A DNA stretch of 29,070 nucleotides from a virus. Within the stretch, counting starts at the first letter, position 1. Each line of letters begins with the position of its first letter. The stretch lies in UHGV virus genome UHGV-1360357, one strand, 5' to 3'. Shown piece after piece: positions 1 to 7,478 of this stretch. A program made the translations under genes and the position numbers. A model generated the notes under the pieces. That model had not been told where the DNA came from, searched no databases, and saw only the letters and a list, made by a program, of their open reading frames with translations.

Positions 1-42
1 CAGAAGCAACGCGGAAAATCAATTCCAGCTTATTACGATTGA
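1..42 (+). CDS. 3' end of an upstream early-operon ORF (partial, last 13 codons, stop TGA at 40-42)
   Basis: Open frame running into the window from the left and ending at TGA 40-42; GAGGTGA Shine-Dalgarno for the next ORF overlaps its end. Confidence 0.25.
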   Translation, partial: QKQRGKSIPAYYD

Positions 43-50
43 GGTGAGCC

Positions 51-188
51 ATGCTCAAGAAAGTCAAACGCCGACTTTACAAAGAAGGTAGATATTCATG
101 CCAGTTGCCAAAATGCGACACAACAAAATGGAGTGTCGATGATTGGTGTAACTGGATAGATAGATACGGAACTTGGTGGAATAAATAA
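51..188 (+). CDS. small Cys-rich hypothetical protein (45 aa)
   Basis: ATG at 51 preceded by GAGGTGA RBS; 45 codons to TAA at 186-188; contains four Cys (C-x4-C ... C ... W-rich), possible metal-binding peptide. Not in the >=60 aa ORF track. Confidence 0.4.
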   Translation: MLKKVKRRLYKEGRYSCQLPKCDTTKWSVDDWCNWIDRYGTWWNK

Positions 189-242
189 CAGGTAACTTAA
201 GCGTATTTACTTTCGAAGCAAACAACTTATTTGAGGTGATAT

Positions 243-692
243 ATGGAAGAACAAGCAAACAAGATTCTCGTAGAACTACTGAAAAAAGCCAGTAATGGAA
301 TAGACGCGGCTGTTTCATTTAGCCAGGCACAGATTCCTGATGTTGTTCATCAGTTGCTGCTATGGAATATGGTTGACAGTCTGATTAAAACATTAATGGC
401 CATTCTAACAATCCCACTGGTTTTCTGGTTTATGAAGAAGCAGTGCCAAAGAGTTGAGACAGGTAAAATCGGTGATGAAGGATATTCATGGGAGAAAGGA
501 AATCACAAATACAGGCCGACAATGGTTTGGGATAGCAAAGGTGATATTAATCTTCTTATCATGCCATTGGTTGTAGTTTTGACTCTGTGGGGGATTTTTA
601 TTATTGGTGTAGTAACCAATATGACTTGGTTAAAAATTTGGCTGGCCCCAAAGCTTTACCTTATCGAATATGCAGCATCATTGGTTAAGTAA
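243..692 (+). CDS. hypothetical membrane protein (149 aa, two hydrophobic helices)
   Basis: ATG 243 with GAGGTGA RBS; two long hydrophobic stretches (LIKTLMAILTIPLVFWF and LLIMPLVVVLTLWGIFIIGVV) suggest inner membrane localisation; followed by a hairpin terminator. Confidence 0.6.
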   Translation: MEEQANKILVELLKKASNGIDAAVSFSQAQIPDVVHQLLLWNMVDSLIKTLMAILTIPLVFWFMKKQCQRVETGKIGDEGYSWEKGNHKYRPTMVWDSKGDINLLIMPLVVVLTLWGIFIIGVVTNMTWLKIWLAPKLYLIEYAASLVK

Positions 693-696
693 TTTC

Positions 697-722
697 AGGC
701 CGCATAGTCGGCCTTTATTTTT
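697..722 (+). terminator. hairpin plus T-run, putative intrinsic terminator
   Basis: AGGCCG-catagt-CGGCCT stem-loop followed by TTTATTTTT directly after the stop of the 149-aa ORF. Confidence 0.5.
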
Positions 723-744
723 GGCATAAACAACAGAGGTGGAT

Positions 745-1023
745 ATGAAAGAGTTTAAGGGTACGCCTGGTAAATGGAAGTACACGGTTAGAAACGTCAA
801 CGAGATGATGACTACGTTCCATGGTGTGACGATTGGTGACACATACATTGAAGCAGCAACAAGAAATGAAAGGGAGGATGCGCTACTGATAGCAGCAGCT
901 CCTGATTTGCTTGAAGCACTGCAAGAGCTTGTCTTCATTTACGAGCATGACGAAGGGTGCAGAGAGTTAACCGAATACAAACGAGCCAAGGCAGCCATCA
1001 GCAAGGCTCTTGGGGAAGAATGA
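745..1023 (+). CDS. hypothetical protein (92 aa) with Ea22-like IAAAPDLLEAL motif
   Basis: ATG 745 with AGAGGTGG RBS (the track ORF starts at an upstream GTG at 739); the IAAAPDLLEALQEL segment resembles the conserved AxEFIAAAxPAxVLALLDELE segment of the Ea22-like ORF at 5191. Confidence 0.55.
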   Translation: MKEFKGTPGKWKYTVRNVNEMMTTFHGVTIGDTYIEAATRNEREDALLIAAAPDLLEALQELVFIYEHDEGCRELTEYKRAKAAISKALGEE

Positions 1024-1181
1024 TGAATAAGAAATACATTGTTGAAGTTATAGAGCGAGAAACGAAAGAAGTAATTAAACATTTCGAATTTGATAATTAT
1101 AGAAAAGCTGACCGCGTAGAAGAAGGATTGTTGCGACAAAGTAATCTCGAAAAATTTGATGTTGTCATGCGATGCGAATAA
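1020..1181 (+). CDS. hypothetical small protein (53 aa)
   Basis: ATGATG at 1020 overlapping the upstream stop (ATGA coupling), GGGGAAGAA RBS; charged, no hydrophobic segment. Confidence 0.4.
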   Translation: MMNKKYIVEVIERETKEVIKHFEFDNYRKADRVEEGLLRQSNLEKFDVVMRCE

Positions 1182-1272
1182 GCACCTATAGCAGATTTGC
1201 GAGTCTGCTATGTGAGCAATGTCGCTCGTAACTAAACAGGAGTCGACTTGTTCTGATTATTGGAAATCTTCT

Positions 1273-1302
1273 TTGCCCTCCAGTGTGAGGGCAATTTTTT
1301 TT
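1273..1302 (+). terminator. strong hairpin plus T8 intrinsic terminator
   Basis: TTGCCCTC-cagtgt-GAGGGCAA stem-loop followed by TTTTTTTT, immediately upstream of a GGAGG RBS and ATG 1315. Confidence 0.6.
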
Positions 1303-1314
1303 GATGGAGGAATT

Positions 1315-1731
1315 ATGGAAATTACAGATATTCTGGTTAATCCAGATAATTACGACCAATTCAATATCTCTACTCAATCAGTTGATTTGGGTTGTGCAAC
1401 TGTCAGCGCATGGCTACTTAATGGTAAACAGTTGGATAAATGCCTTGATGCACATATGACGGTTAACAGCTTCCTTGCAGAAAAAACACACTGGCAAGAT
1501 GCTGGAGGGAAATATGCTGGATGGCTTGAAAGCATGGGATTTGAATATCAATCTGATGAAGGTTGGTGGAGCCTTATAGCTGTAACGCCTGAGACAATAG
1601 AATGCTTCGTTAAATACTCAAACGACGATGACTATAAACACCAGGTGGATTCTGCGATAGAAAGATACAAAAGAAAATCGTTCAGCCACGAAATATCATC
1701 AGTTCTTGATTTCATAGAAATCTTCAAATAA
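1315..1731 (+). CDS. hypothetical protein (138 aa), candidate early accessory gene
   Basis: ATG 1315 with GGAGG RBS 5 nt upstream; the longer track ORF from 1219 would read through the terminator hairpin, so the internal start is preferred. Confidence 0.55.
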   Translation: MEITDILVNPDNYDQFNISTQSVDLGCATVSAWLLNGKQLDKCLDAHMTVNSFLAEKTHWQDAGGKYAGWLESMGFEYQSDEGWWSLIAVTPETIECFVKYSNDDDYKHQVDSAIERYKRKSFSHEISSVLDFIEIFK

Positions 1732-1814
1732 GCCGCCAAGCGCGGCTTTACCGCATACCAATAACGCTTCACTTGAGGCGTTTTCGTTATGCAATCAAAC
1801 AGAAGGAGCATCCT

Positions 1815-1985
1815 ATGCAACAGTTCGCTATTGCAGGGGCGGCATCGGTTCGCCCTTTCAACCCAATTTTATCGGTGCAGCATTCACGAAAAAACATTTT
1901 AACCGGAGCAGACTTTAAACAACCAAGAATGAAAAGTTTGCTCGAAAAGCTTTGGGATATTTTGAAACAACAAGGCCGCCCATGA
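1815..1985 (+). CDS. small protein (56 aa) with lambda CIII-like termini (possible FtsH-inhibitor family)
   Basis: ATG 1815 with AAGGAG RBS; N-terminus MQQFAIAG and C-terminal SLLEKLWDILKQQG resemble lambda CIII (MQYAIAG ... ESLLERI ... IDILNQPG) as recalled from memory; position upstream of the recombination genes fits the cIII/kil slot. Confidence 0.35.
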   Translation: MQQFAIAGAASVRPFNPILSVQHSRKNILTGADFKQPRMKSLLEKLWDILKQQGRP

Positions 1986-2140
1986 GTTTTACAGATAACT
2001 GGTCAGACGAAGAATTCATTCTTCAGATGAAAGAATTAATCGGTAACGAAGGAGATATTCATGTCACTTGCAACCACAGTGAAGGAGAGCAAGTTACAGA
2101 GACGCATGTACACGCAGAAAGCTCTCTGGTATCGCCATAA
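1982..2140 (+). CDS. hypothetical small acidic protein (52 aa), at the kil-like position
   Basis: ATG 1982 overlapping the upstream stop (ATGA); 52 codons; no recognisable domain. Confidence 0.35.
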   Translation: MSFTDNWSDEEFILQMKELIGNEGDIHVTCNHSEGEQVTETHVHAESSLVSP

Positions 2141-2239
2141 TGGCGACCGCGAAGGAATGCGGGTATGCCTTAATTTGTCCCGAGTCGAAGTATTAAATCA
2201 GCGTTATTTCCTTGGGCCGTGTCCATTCTGAGGTGAATT

Positions 2240-2947
2240 ATGGATTTGAATAAATTCGATGAGCCATTCAGCCCTGAAGATATCGAATGGCGAATACAGC
2301 AAAGCGGTAAAACACGCGATGGCAAAGTGTGGGCTATGGTGCTGGCTTATGTCACGAACCGGGCAATCATGAAACGCCTGGACGATGTTTGCGGCAAAGC
2401 AGGATGGCGCAATGAATACCGCGATATTCCCAACAACGGCGGAGTTGAATGCGGCATATCAATCAAAATTGATTCCGAATGGGTAACCAAATGGGATGCT
2501 GCTGAAAACACGCAAGTAGAAGCCGTCAAAGGTGGTCGTTCCGGTGCAATGAAGCGCGCTGCCGTTCAATGGGGAATCGGTCGGTATCTGTATAACCTTG
2601 AGGAAGGTTTCGCACAAACATCTCTCGATAAAAAGCAGGGGTGGCACAGGGCAAAACTGAAGGATGGAACAGGGTTTTACTGGCTCCCTCCAACGCTGCC
2701 CGGCTGGGCAATCCCAGCATCAGATAACAAACCATCACCAGAAAATACCAACCAGAAATCTCCATCGGTTGACTGCGAACAAATCCTGAAAGACTTCAGC
2801 GATTATGCATCGAAAGAAACTGATAAGAAAAAACTCATCGAGCGTTATCAGCGTGACTGGCAATTAATGGCTGGAAACGAGGAGGCGCAGGCTAAATGCG
2901 TTCAGGTAATGAACATCAGAGTTAACGAGCTAAAACAGGCGGCATAA
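2240..2947 (+). CDS. Rad52/22-family single-strand annealing protein (phage recombinase)
   Basis: GAGGTGA RBS; 235 aa; contains the Rad52-family signature region KGGRSGAMKRAAVQWGIGRYLY. Confidence 0.85.
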   Translation: MDLNKFDEPFSPEDIEWRIQQSGKTRDGKVWAMVLAYVTNRAIMKRLDDVCGKAGWRNEYRDIPNNGGVECGISIKIDSEWVTKWDAAENTQVEAVKGGRSGAMKRAAVQWGIGRYLYNLEEGFAQTSLDKKQGWHRAKLKDGTGFYWLPPTLPGWAIPASDNKPSPENTNQKSPSVDCEQILKDFSDYASKETDKKKLIERYQRDWQLMAGNEEAQAKCVQVMNIRVNELKQAA

Positions 2948-3463
2948 ATGGCAAGCAGAGGCGTAAATAAGGTGATCATTATTGGTCGCCTTGGGCATGA
3001 TCCAGAAATCAGATATTCACCATCAGGAACGGCATTTGCAAACCTTACAGTTGCTACGTCAGAACAATGGCGTGATAAGCAAACTGGAGAGCAAAAGGAG
3101 CAGACGGAGTGGCACCGCGTGGTAATGAGCGGGAAACTGGCAGAAATTGCCAGCGAATATCTGCGAAAAGGCTCTGAGGTTTATCTTGAAGGAAAATTGC
3201 GGACAAGAAAATGGCAGGATCAAAGCGGACAGGATCGGTTCACTACTGAAGTCATCGTGGGCGTTGGTGGAACTATGCAAATGATTGGTGGCAAGCAAGG
3301 AGGCAATGAACAGTCTTCACCTCAGCGAAATGACGGTCAGCAACAAAGACAACAACCTCAGCAGCAAGGGAATCACAGCGAACCACCTATGGATTTTGAC
3401 GACGATATCCCCTTTGCACCAGTAACTCTCCCTTTCCCTCGTCACGCTATTCACGCAATTTAA
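2948..3463 (+). CDS. ssb: single-stranded DNA-binding protein
   Basis: N-terminal OB fold ([23 protein letters not shown]...), Gly/Gln-rich linker and acidic C-terminal tail ending DDDIPF, typical of bacterial/phage SSB; start ATG adjacent to the annealase stop. Confidence 0.9.
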   Translation: MASRGVNKVIIIGRLGHDPEIRYSPSGTAFANLTVATSEQWRDKQTGEQKEQTEWHRVVMSGKLAEIASEYLRKGSEVYLEGKLRTRKWQDQSGQDRFTTEVIVGVGGTMQMIGGKQGGNEQSSPQRNDGQQQRQQPQQQGNHSEPPMDFDDDIPFAPVTLPFPRHAIHAI

Positions 3464-3471
3464 GGACTTAC

Positions 3472-4020
3472 ATGAATCACTTGATGGTTGACCTTGAAAC
3501 AATGGGCAACGGGCCATACGCGCCAGTTATTTCTGTTGGGGCGGTATTCTTTGACCCGAATACCGGAGAAACAGGAGAAGAGTTCTCGGTAAATATCTCG
3601 CTTGAGTCATCAATGCGATATCGGGCGCGTCCTGACGCTTCAACGATTTTATGGTGGCTGGAACAGAGTGAAGAAGCCAGAAAATCGCTAACCAGCAACA
3701 CTCAAGAGCTTTCAACGGCTCTTTCATGGTTATCTGAATTCATCATAAAGAACGCCAACCACAAACTCGTTCAGGTTTGGGGGAATGGAGCATCATTTGA
3801 CTGCGTTATTCTCCGCAACAGTTATTCGCTGACAGGGAAGCCAGTTCCGTGGCAGTGGTGGAATGACCGCGACGTAAGAACAATCGTCGAACTTGGGAAG
3901 GTAATAGGATTCGATCCTAAGCGAGATATGCCATTCAAAGGAACTCGCCACAACGCGCTTGATGATGCCATCCACCAAGCCAAATACGTTTCAGCGATCT
4001 GGAAAAAGTTAGCTAAATAA
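3472..4020 (+). CDS. DnaQ-like DEDDh 3'-5' exonuclease
   Basis: Exo I motif VDLETMG, Exo II GNGASFDCVIL, Exo III HNALDDAIHQAKY; 182 aa; AAGGA RBS. Confidence 0.85.
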   Translation: MNHLMVDLETMGNGPYAPVISVGAVFFDPNTGETGEEFSVNISLESSMRYRARPDASTILWWLEQSEEARKSLTSNTQELSTALSWLSEFIIKNANHKLVQVWGNGASFDCVILRNSYSLTGKPVPWQWWNDRDVRTIVELGKVIGFDPKRDMPFKGTRHNALDDAIHQAKYVSAIWKKLAK

Positions 4021-4037
4021 TCAACAGGAGAAAAACC

Positions 4038-4331
4038 ATGCCAGCGCCTCTGTATGGTGCGGATGACCCGCGCCGCTGTTCCGGCAATTCCGTATCGGAG
4101 GTGCTGGATAAATTCAGAAAAAACTACGATCGAATAATGTCTCTACCACAGGAAACGAAAGAGGAAAAGGAATTTCGCCACTGTATATGGCTTGCAGAGA
4201 AAGAAGAACGAGAGCGAATTTACCAGACATCAATCCGACCATTCCGCAAAGCCACATATACCCACTTCCCTGAAATTGACCCGCGCCTACGTAATTACCG
4301 CTCACGCTATGGCGCTATCAGTAATGACTGA
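4038..4331 (+). CDS. hypothetical protein (97 aa)
   Basis: ATG 4038 with AGGAG RBS; basic/acidic mixed small protein. Confidence 0.5.
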   Translation: MPAPLYGADDPRRCSGNSVSEVLDKFRKNYDRIMSLPQETKEEKEFRHCIWLAEKEERERIYQTSIRPFRKATYTHFPEIDPRLRNYRSRYGAISND

Positions 4332-4341
4332 GGAATTTACC

Positions 4342-4506
4342 ATGAGAGGACTTGCATACAATCCCGGCACTCTTCCGGCAGAAATGATTATTCGCCAACG
4401 CATAAAGCCAATGCCATCGAGAGAGGAATTGCTTAAGAGAAATTCTTTTCCTTCAGTGAATCAAAACAAATATCTGAATGCGATGTGGCGGAGTGGGAAG
4501 AAATGA
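4342..4506 (+). CDS. hypothetical small protein (54 aa; alternative start 4324)
   Basis: In-frame ATG 4342 preceded by GAGGAA; the track ORF from 4192 overlaps the previous gene and was trimmed; stop overlaps the next start (ATGA). Confidence 0.3.
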   Translation: MRGLAYNPGTLPAEMIIRQRIKPMPSREELLKRNSFPSVNQNKYLNAMWRSGKK

Positions 4507-4949
4507 AACAAATATCACTAATTGAGATGGATGGTTTTCTGAAAGGTAAATGCATCCCACGAGATTTAAAGGTTAACGAAACAAATGCTGAATATCTGGT
4601 GCGTAAATTTGCTGAAGCTGAGGCCAAGTGCGCGGCACTGGCGGTGGAGAATGCGGGAATAAAGTCTGCAATTCCTCAACTACGGGATATTGATGCTGAC
4701 AATGACAATATGGATGACGTATCTCTTGCTGAAGACTTCGGATTCAATCATGCAATAGAACGGATGAGGAGACAGATACCTGAAACCCCAGCCACCGATG
4801 CTTTTCTGGCTGAAGTGCGGGCGCAGGGTGTGGATTCAGCGATTAACACAGTCATTGCGATGATGAACCATCAGCATCCTGTCACATCGAAGGCAATCGA
4901 CATAATGCGCGTCCATGCCTACCAAATTCGCAAAGGAGTGCAGTCATGA
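4503..4949 (+). CDS. hypothetical protein (148 aa), early-region accessory protein
   Basis: ATG 4503 with GGAG...GAAGAA upstream and overlapping the previous stop; Ala/Glu-rich helical sequence. Confidence 0.55.
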   Translation: MKQISLIEMDGFLKGKCIPRDLKVNETNAEYLVRKFAEAEAKCAALAVENAGIKSAIPQLRDIDADNDNMDDVSLAEDFGFNHAIERMRRQIPETPATDAFLAEVRAQGVDSAINTVIAMMNHQHPVTSKAIDIMRVHAYQIRKGVQS

Positions 4950-5194
4950 GTACTCGTCGCAAAATTAACAAAATTCTGAAAGAGAAAGGCCTGACGGCTA
5001 ATGTCGAGTACGACGGAAGCGGTGCCGGTAGAGATGAATATGGTTGGTGGACCGTTACTTTCGAACCGGCATCTGCTGATTTTATTCGTCTTAAGCTGAA
5101 TGAGCCCGAATTCACTGGCTCGATAGAATTTTGCGAACTCGAAGATGGGTTTGAGCAGCTTTCGGAGTTACCCGCAGTGGAGGCCGCCCAATGA
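4946..5194 (+). CDS. hypothetical protein (82 aa)
   Basis: ATG 4946 overlapping the previous stop, AAGGAG RBS. Confidence 0.55.
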   Translation: MSTRRKINKILKEKGLTANVEYDGSGAGRDEYGWWTVTFEPASADFIRLKLNEPEFTGSIEFCELEDGFEQLSELPAVEAAQ

Positions 5195-5715
5195 GCAACA
5201 TCGACAAACAGGTGCTGCGTGAAAAGGCAGAGAAAGCAACGAGTGGTGTGTGGTCGCTCGAATATGGAGAGGAGAGATTTGATGCTGGTGATGCGCTAAT
5301 TCATCGTGAAGTTGTTGGATATCTTCCCATTTGCAGAATTGAAGGAGCGCATCCTGAAAGCGGTTTCGATGAAGATTTCCAAATGGAACAGCAGGCCAAT
5401 GCTGAATTCATCGCCGCAGCCAGTCCGGCTACTGTGCTGGCGCTGCTGGATGAGCTGGAGAAGATGCAGGCGCAATCGTCCAAATGGTGCGAAGCCTTCC
5501 ATAAAGCCGTTTCCGTTGGCGCTCGGTATGAGGAGCGGATTGCTGAACTGGAGGCTCGGGAGCAGAAGAATTTAGCGGAGGAGCGCCAACGTGTGATTGA
5601 TGGTCTTTGCACTATCGGTGAAACGGCGTGGGAAATTGAGGAGTACATGAAAGAATGGGACGCAAAGCACCCGCATGAAGCGGCCACCGCTGGCATTGGC
5701 GTGAAGGGGGAGTGA
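5191..5715 (+). CDS. Ead/Ea22-like protein
   Basis: 174 aa; contains the characteristic EQQANAEFIAAASPATVLALLDELEKMQ segment of the lambdoid Ea22-like family; GGAGG RBS, ATGA overlap. Confidence 0.7.
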   Translation: MSNIDKQVLREKAEKATSGVWSLEYGEERFDAGDALIHREVVGYLPICRIEGAHPESGFDEDFQMEQQANAEFIAAASPATVLALLDELEKMQAQSSKWCEAFHKAVSVGARYEERIAELEAREQKNLAEERQRVIDGLCTIGETAWEIEEYMKEWDAKHPHEAATAGIGVKGE

Positions 5716-5716
5716 G

Positions 5717-5917
5717 ATGGCTACCGTAACAGAAATTCGAGCAAAGCTGCGTGCCGGTGAAGTAGTGATTATGCCGGGGAATTCTGTATTCCTGTTCATG
5801 AGTGAATGCGAGCGCCACCTGGAAGGTGATGAATGCTACCACATCGAACCTCACTCTCATGGGTACTCAAAAGTTTTCGACCCTAAGCGGGCGAAAGGAG
5901 AACACCATGACAACTAA
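5717..5917 (+). CDS. hypothetical small protein (66 aa)
   Basis: ATG 5717 with GGGGGAG RBS; Cys/His-containing (C-x-R-H ... C-Y-H ... H-S-H). Confidence 0.5.
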   Translation: MATVTEIRAKLRAGEVVIMPGNSVFLFMSECERHLEGDECYHIEPHSHGYSKVFDPKRAKGEHHDN

Positions 5918-6434
5918 CAACCACCCGGCGCACGGCCCTGTATCACTCGATCGCCTGCACCAGATACGCGAAGTACTCAGCAAAGCAGCAGCACAAAGCG
6001 ACGGCGGTAATCTCGGCTACGCAATGGCTGATGCTGTCAAGGTGATTGATAAGGCTATTGCTGCGTTTAATGCGGAGCTTTATGTTCCTACCGTTCAGTG
6101 CTGGTCATGCAGAGAGGTTATTGAAGTTTCCGCAGTAGGTGACTGTGATGGTTATTGCCCGAAATGCGACTCGCCAATTGATCTCGATGAAGAGCCATAC
6201 GATGCCGCCATACTTCAGGCTGGCAACTCTCCGGTGATTCCGGATGGTTGGATAAGCTGTAGTGAGCGAATGCCGGATAAGTTAATTCCGGTAATGGTCA
6301 TGTATGAAGACGGTGAGATGTGGTCTGCAATGTGGAATGGCAATCGCTGGGATGATGGCACCGAATATCCGGATCCGCACTCAGTTACGCACTGGCGTGA
6401 AATGCCAGCAGCACCACAGCAGGAGGTGAAGTGA
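5907..6434 (+). CDS. DUF551-like protein with CxxC...CxxC zinc-ribbon (175 aa)
   Basis: ATG 5907 with AAAGGAGAA RBS (the track start at 5802 is an upstream alternative start overlapping the previous ORF); zinc ribbon CWSC...CPKC; C-terminal WISCSERMPD...HWREMP resembles the DUF551 domain common in lambdoid early regions. Confidence 0.65.
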   Translation: MTTNNHPAHGPVSLDRLHQIREVLSKAAAQSDGGNLGYAMADAVKVIDKAIAAFNAELYVPTVQCWSCREVIEVSAVGDCDGYCPKCDSPIDLDEEPYDAAILQAGNSPVIPDGWISCSERMPDKLIPVMVMYEDGEMWSAMWNGNRWDDGTEYPDPHSVTHWREMPAAPQQEVK

Positions 6435-6712
6435 TGTACTCCTTCGCGAAATATACGATTATTGACTGGATAGCCTTCCTTCAGGTTTTGCTCATCTGGT
6501 TTTATATGGCTTACAGGAGTGGACAGTGGATTGTCAGTGTATCCTGTAGCAAGGGATGGCGTTGGTGGAACCGAAAGAATAAAAAAGCGCTGGCCTTGGA
6601 TTCGTTTTACGAAGCATTCAATCTTAACAGTCTTCAGCCTGGTTCTGTCATTGTAGTCACCACTCAAAGCGGCATGACCATTCAGATTCATAAACCAAAA
6701 GAGGAAAAATGA
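6434..6712 (+). CDS. hypothetical protein (92 aa) with N-terminal hydrophobic segment
   Basis: ATG 6434 seven nt after AGGAGG; hydrophobic N-terminus (IIDWIAFLQVLLIWFYMAY). Confidence 0.45.
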   Translation: MYSFAKYTIIDWIAFLQVLLIWFYMAYRSGQWIVSVSCSKGWRWWNRKNKKALALDSFYEAFNLNSLQPGSVIVVTTQSGMTIQIHKPKEEK

Positions 6713-6798
6713 TGTGGCCTATATGTGTTAATTGCGGACGGATGTGCCTATCTGGATGGTGCCGAAAGTGCGACAAATGCACGAAGAAAAGACAATAA
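6709..6798 (+). CDS. 29-aa Cys-rich micro-protein (MMWPICVNCGRMCLSGWCRKCDKCTKKRQ)
   Basis: ATG overlapping the upstream stop, AAGAGGAAAA RBS; six Cys in 29 residues (CxxC, CxxxC, CxxC spacing). Confidence 0.3.
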   Translation: MMWPICVNCGRMCLSGWCRKCDKCTKKRQ

Positions 6799-6857
6799 CA
6801 ATCCTCGCACTCGCGGGGATTTCTTTTATCTGAACTCGCTACGGCGGGTTTTGTTTT

Positions 6858-7169
6858 ATGGAGATGATTATGGTCTGTTCAACATTCAACCATCTAACGT
6901 TACAGAAATACCAGCCGGACCCTGAAGATTTATGCTCACTGTGTGGCGGAAATCATGGTAAAGCCGCCATGATCGAATGTAAGGACAAAATCCACATTTG
7001 CCTTAATTGCGTTGATGTCCTCGTTGATATCAAAAATGAGAGAGAAGATAAAAAGCGTAGCGAGGCTGTTCGCGCCTTAGATTCATGGATGCGGGATGGA
7101 TATAGTGCCGCGCAAATTTATGACTTAGCAATATCAAAAGGCGAAATACCAGGAGTACGCATCGAATAA
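6858..7169 (+). CDS. hypothetical zinc-finger protein (about 100 aa; likely start 6864-6870)
   Basis: CSLCGG ... CLNC Cys pairs; GGAG 6 nt upstream of ATG 6870; last gene before xis. Confidence 0.5.
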   Translation: MEMIMVCSTFNHLTLQKYQPDPEDLCSLCGGNHGKAAMIECKDKIHICLNCVDVLVDIKNEREDKKRSEAVRALDSWMRDGYSAAQIYDLAISKGEIPGVRIE

Positions 7170-7210
7170 GACGTAACCAATATTCGAATTGAAGAACTGA
7201 AAGAAAACCA

Positions 7211-7233
7211 AGCCGCCTGATGGCGGTTTTTTC
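7211..7233 (+). terminator. hairpin plus T6, putative intrinsic terminator upstream of xis
   Basis: GCCGCC-tgat-GGCGG(T) stem followed by TTTTTT. Confidence 0.45.
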
Positions 7234-7247
7234 TTGCGTGTAATTGC
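7234..7247 (+). promoter_or_regulatory. cII-type activator box TTGC-N6-TTGC (PI-like int promoter -35 region)
   Basis: TTGCgtgtaaTTGC directly upstream of the xis start, matching the TTGC-N6-TTGC CII recognition pattern known for lambda PI/PRE/PaQ. Confidence 0.5.
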
Positions 7248-7259
7248 GGAGACTTTGCG

Positions 7260-7478
7260 ATGTACTTGACACTTCAGGAGTGGAACGCACGCCAACGACG
7301 CCCAAGAAGCCTTGAAACAGTTCGTCGATGGGTACGCGAGTGCAGGATATTCCCTCATCCGGTTAAGGATGGAAGAGAGTATCTGTTCCACGAATCAGCG
7401 GTAAAGGTTGACTTAAATCGACCAGTAACAGGTAGCCTTTTGAAGAGGATCAGAAATGGGAAGAAGGCGAAGTCATGA
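7260..7478 (+). CDS. xis: excisionase Xis (lambda-type)
   Basis: 72 aa, MYLTLQEWNARQRRPRSLETVRRWVRECRIFPHPVKDGREYLFHESAVKVDL..., recognised as lambda Xis; overlaps the int start as in lambda. Confidence 0.9.
   Translation: MYLTLQEWNARQRRPRSLETVRRWVRECRIFPHPVKDGREYLFHESAVKVDLNRPVTGSLLKRIRNGKKAKS

Noticed and set aside
64-318. 84-aa - strand ORF at the left end, and other - strand ORFs in the early region (678-938, 939-1139, 1186-1377, 2347-2765, 3059-3701)
   Set aside because: They oppose the consistent + strand, RBS-supported, translationally coupled gene series and overlap those genes.
1219-1731. Longer 170-aa version of the 138-aa ORF starting at ATG 1219
   Set aside because: The extension would be translated straight through a strong hairpin/T8 terminator and lacks an RBS; the internal ATG 1315 with GGAGG is preferred.
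4192-4506. 104-aa ORF overlapping most of the 4038-4331 gene in another frame
   Set aside because: A long out-of-frame overlap is unlikely; trimmed to the in-frame start at 4342 (or 4324) that has an RBS.
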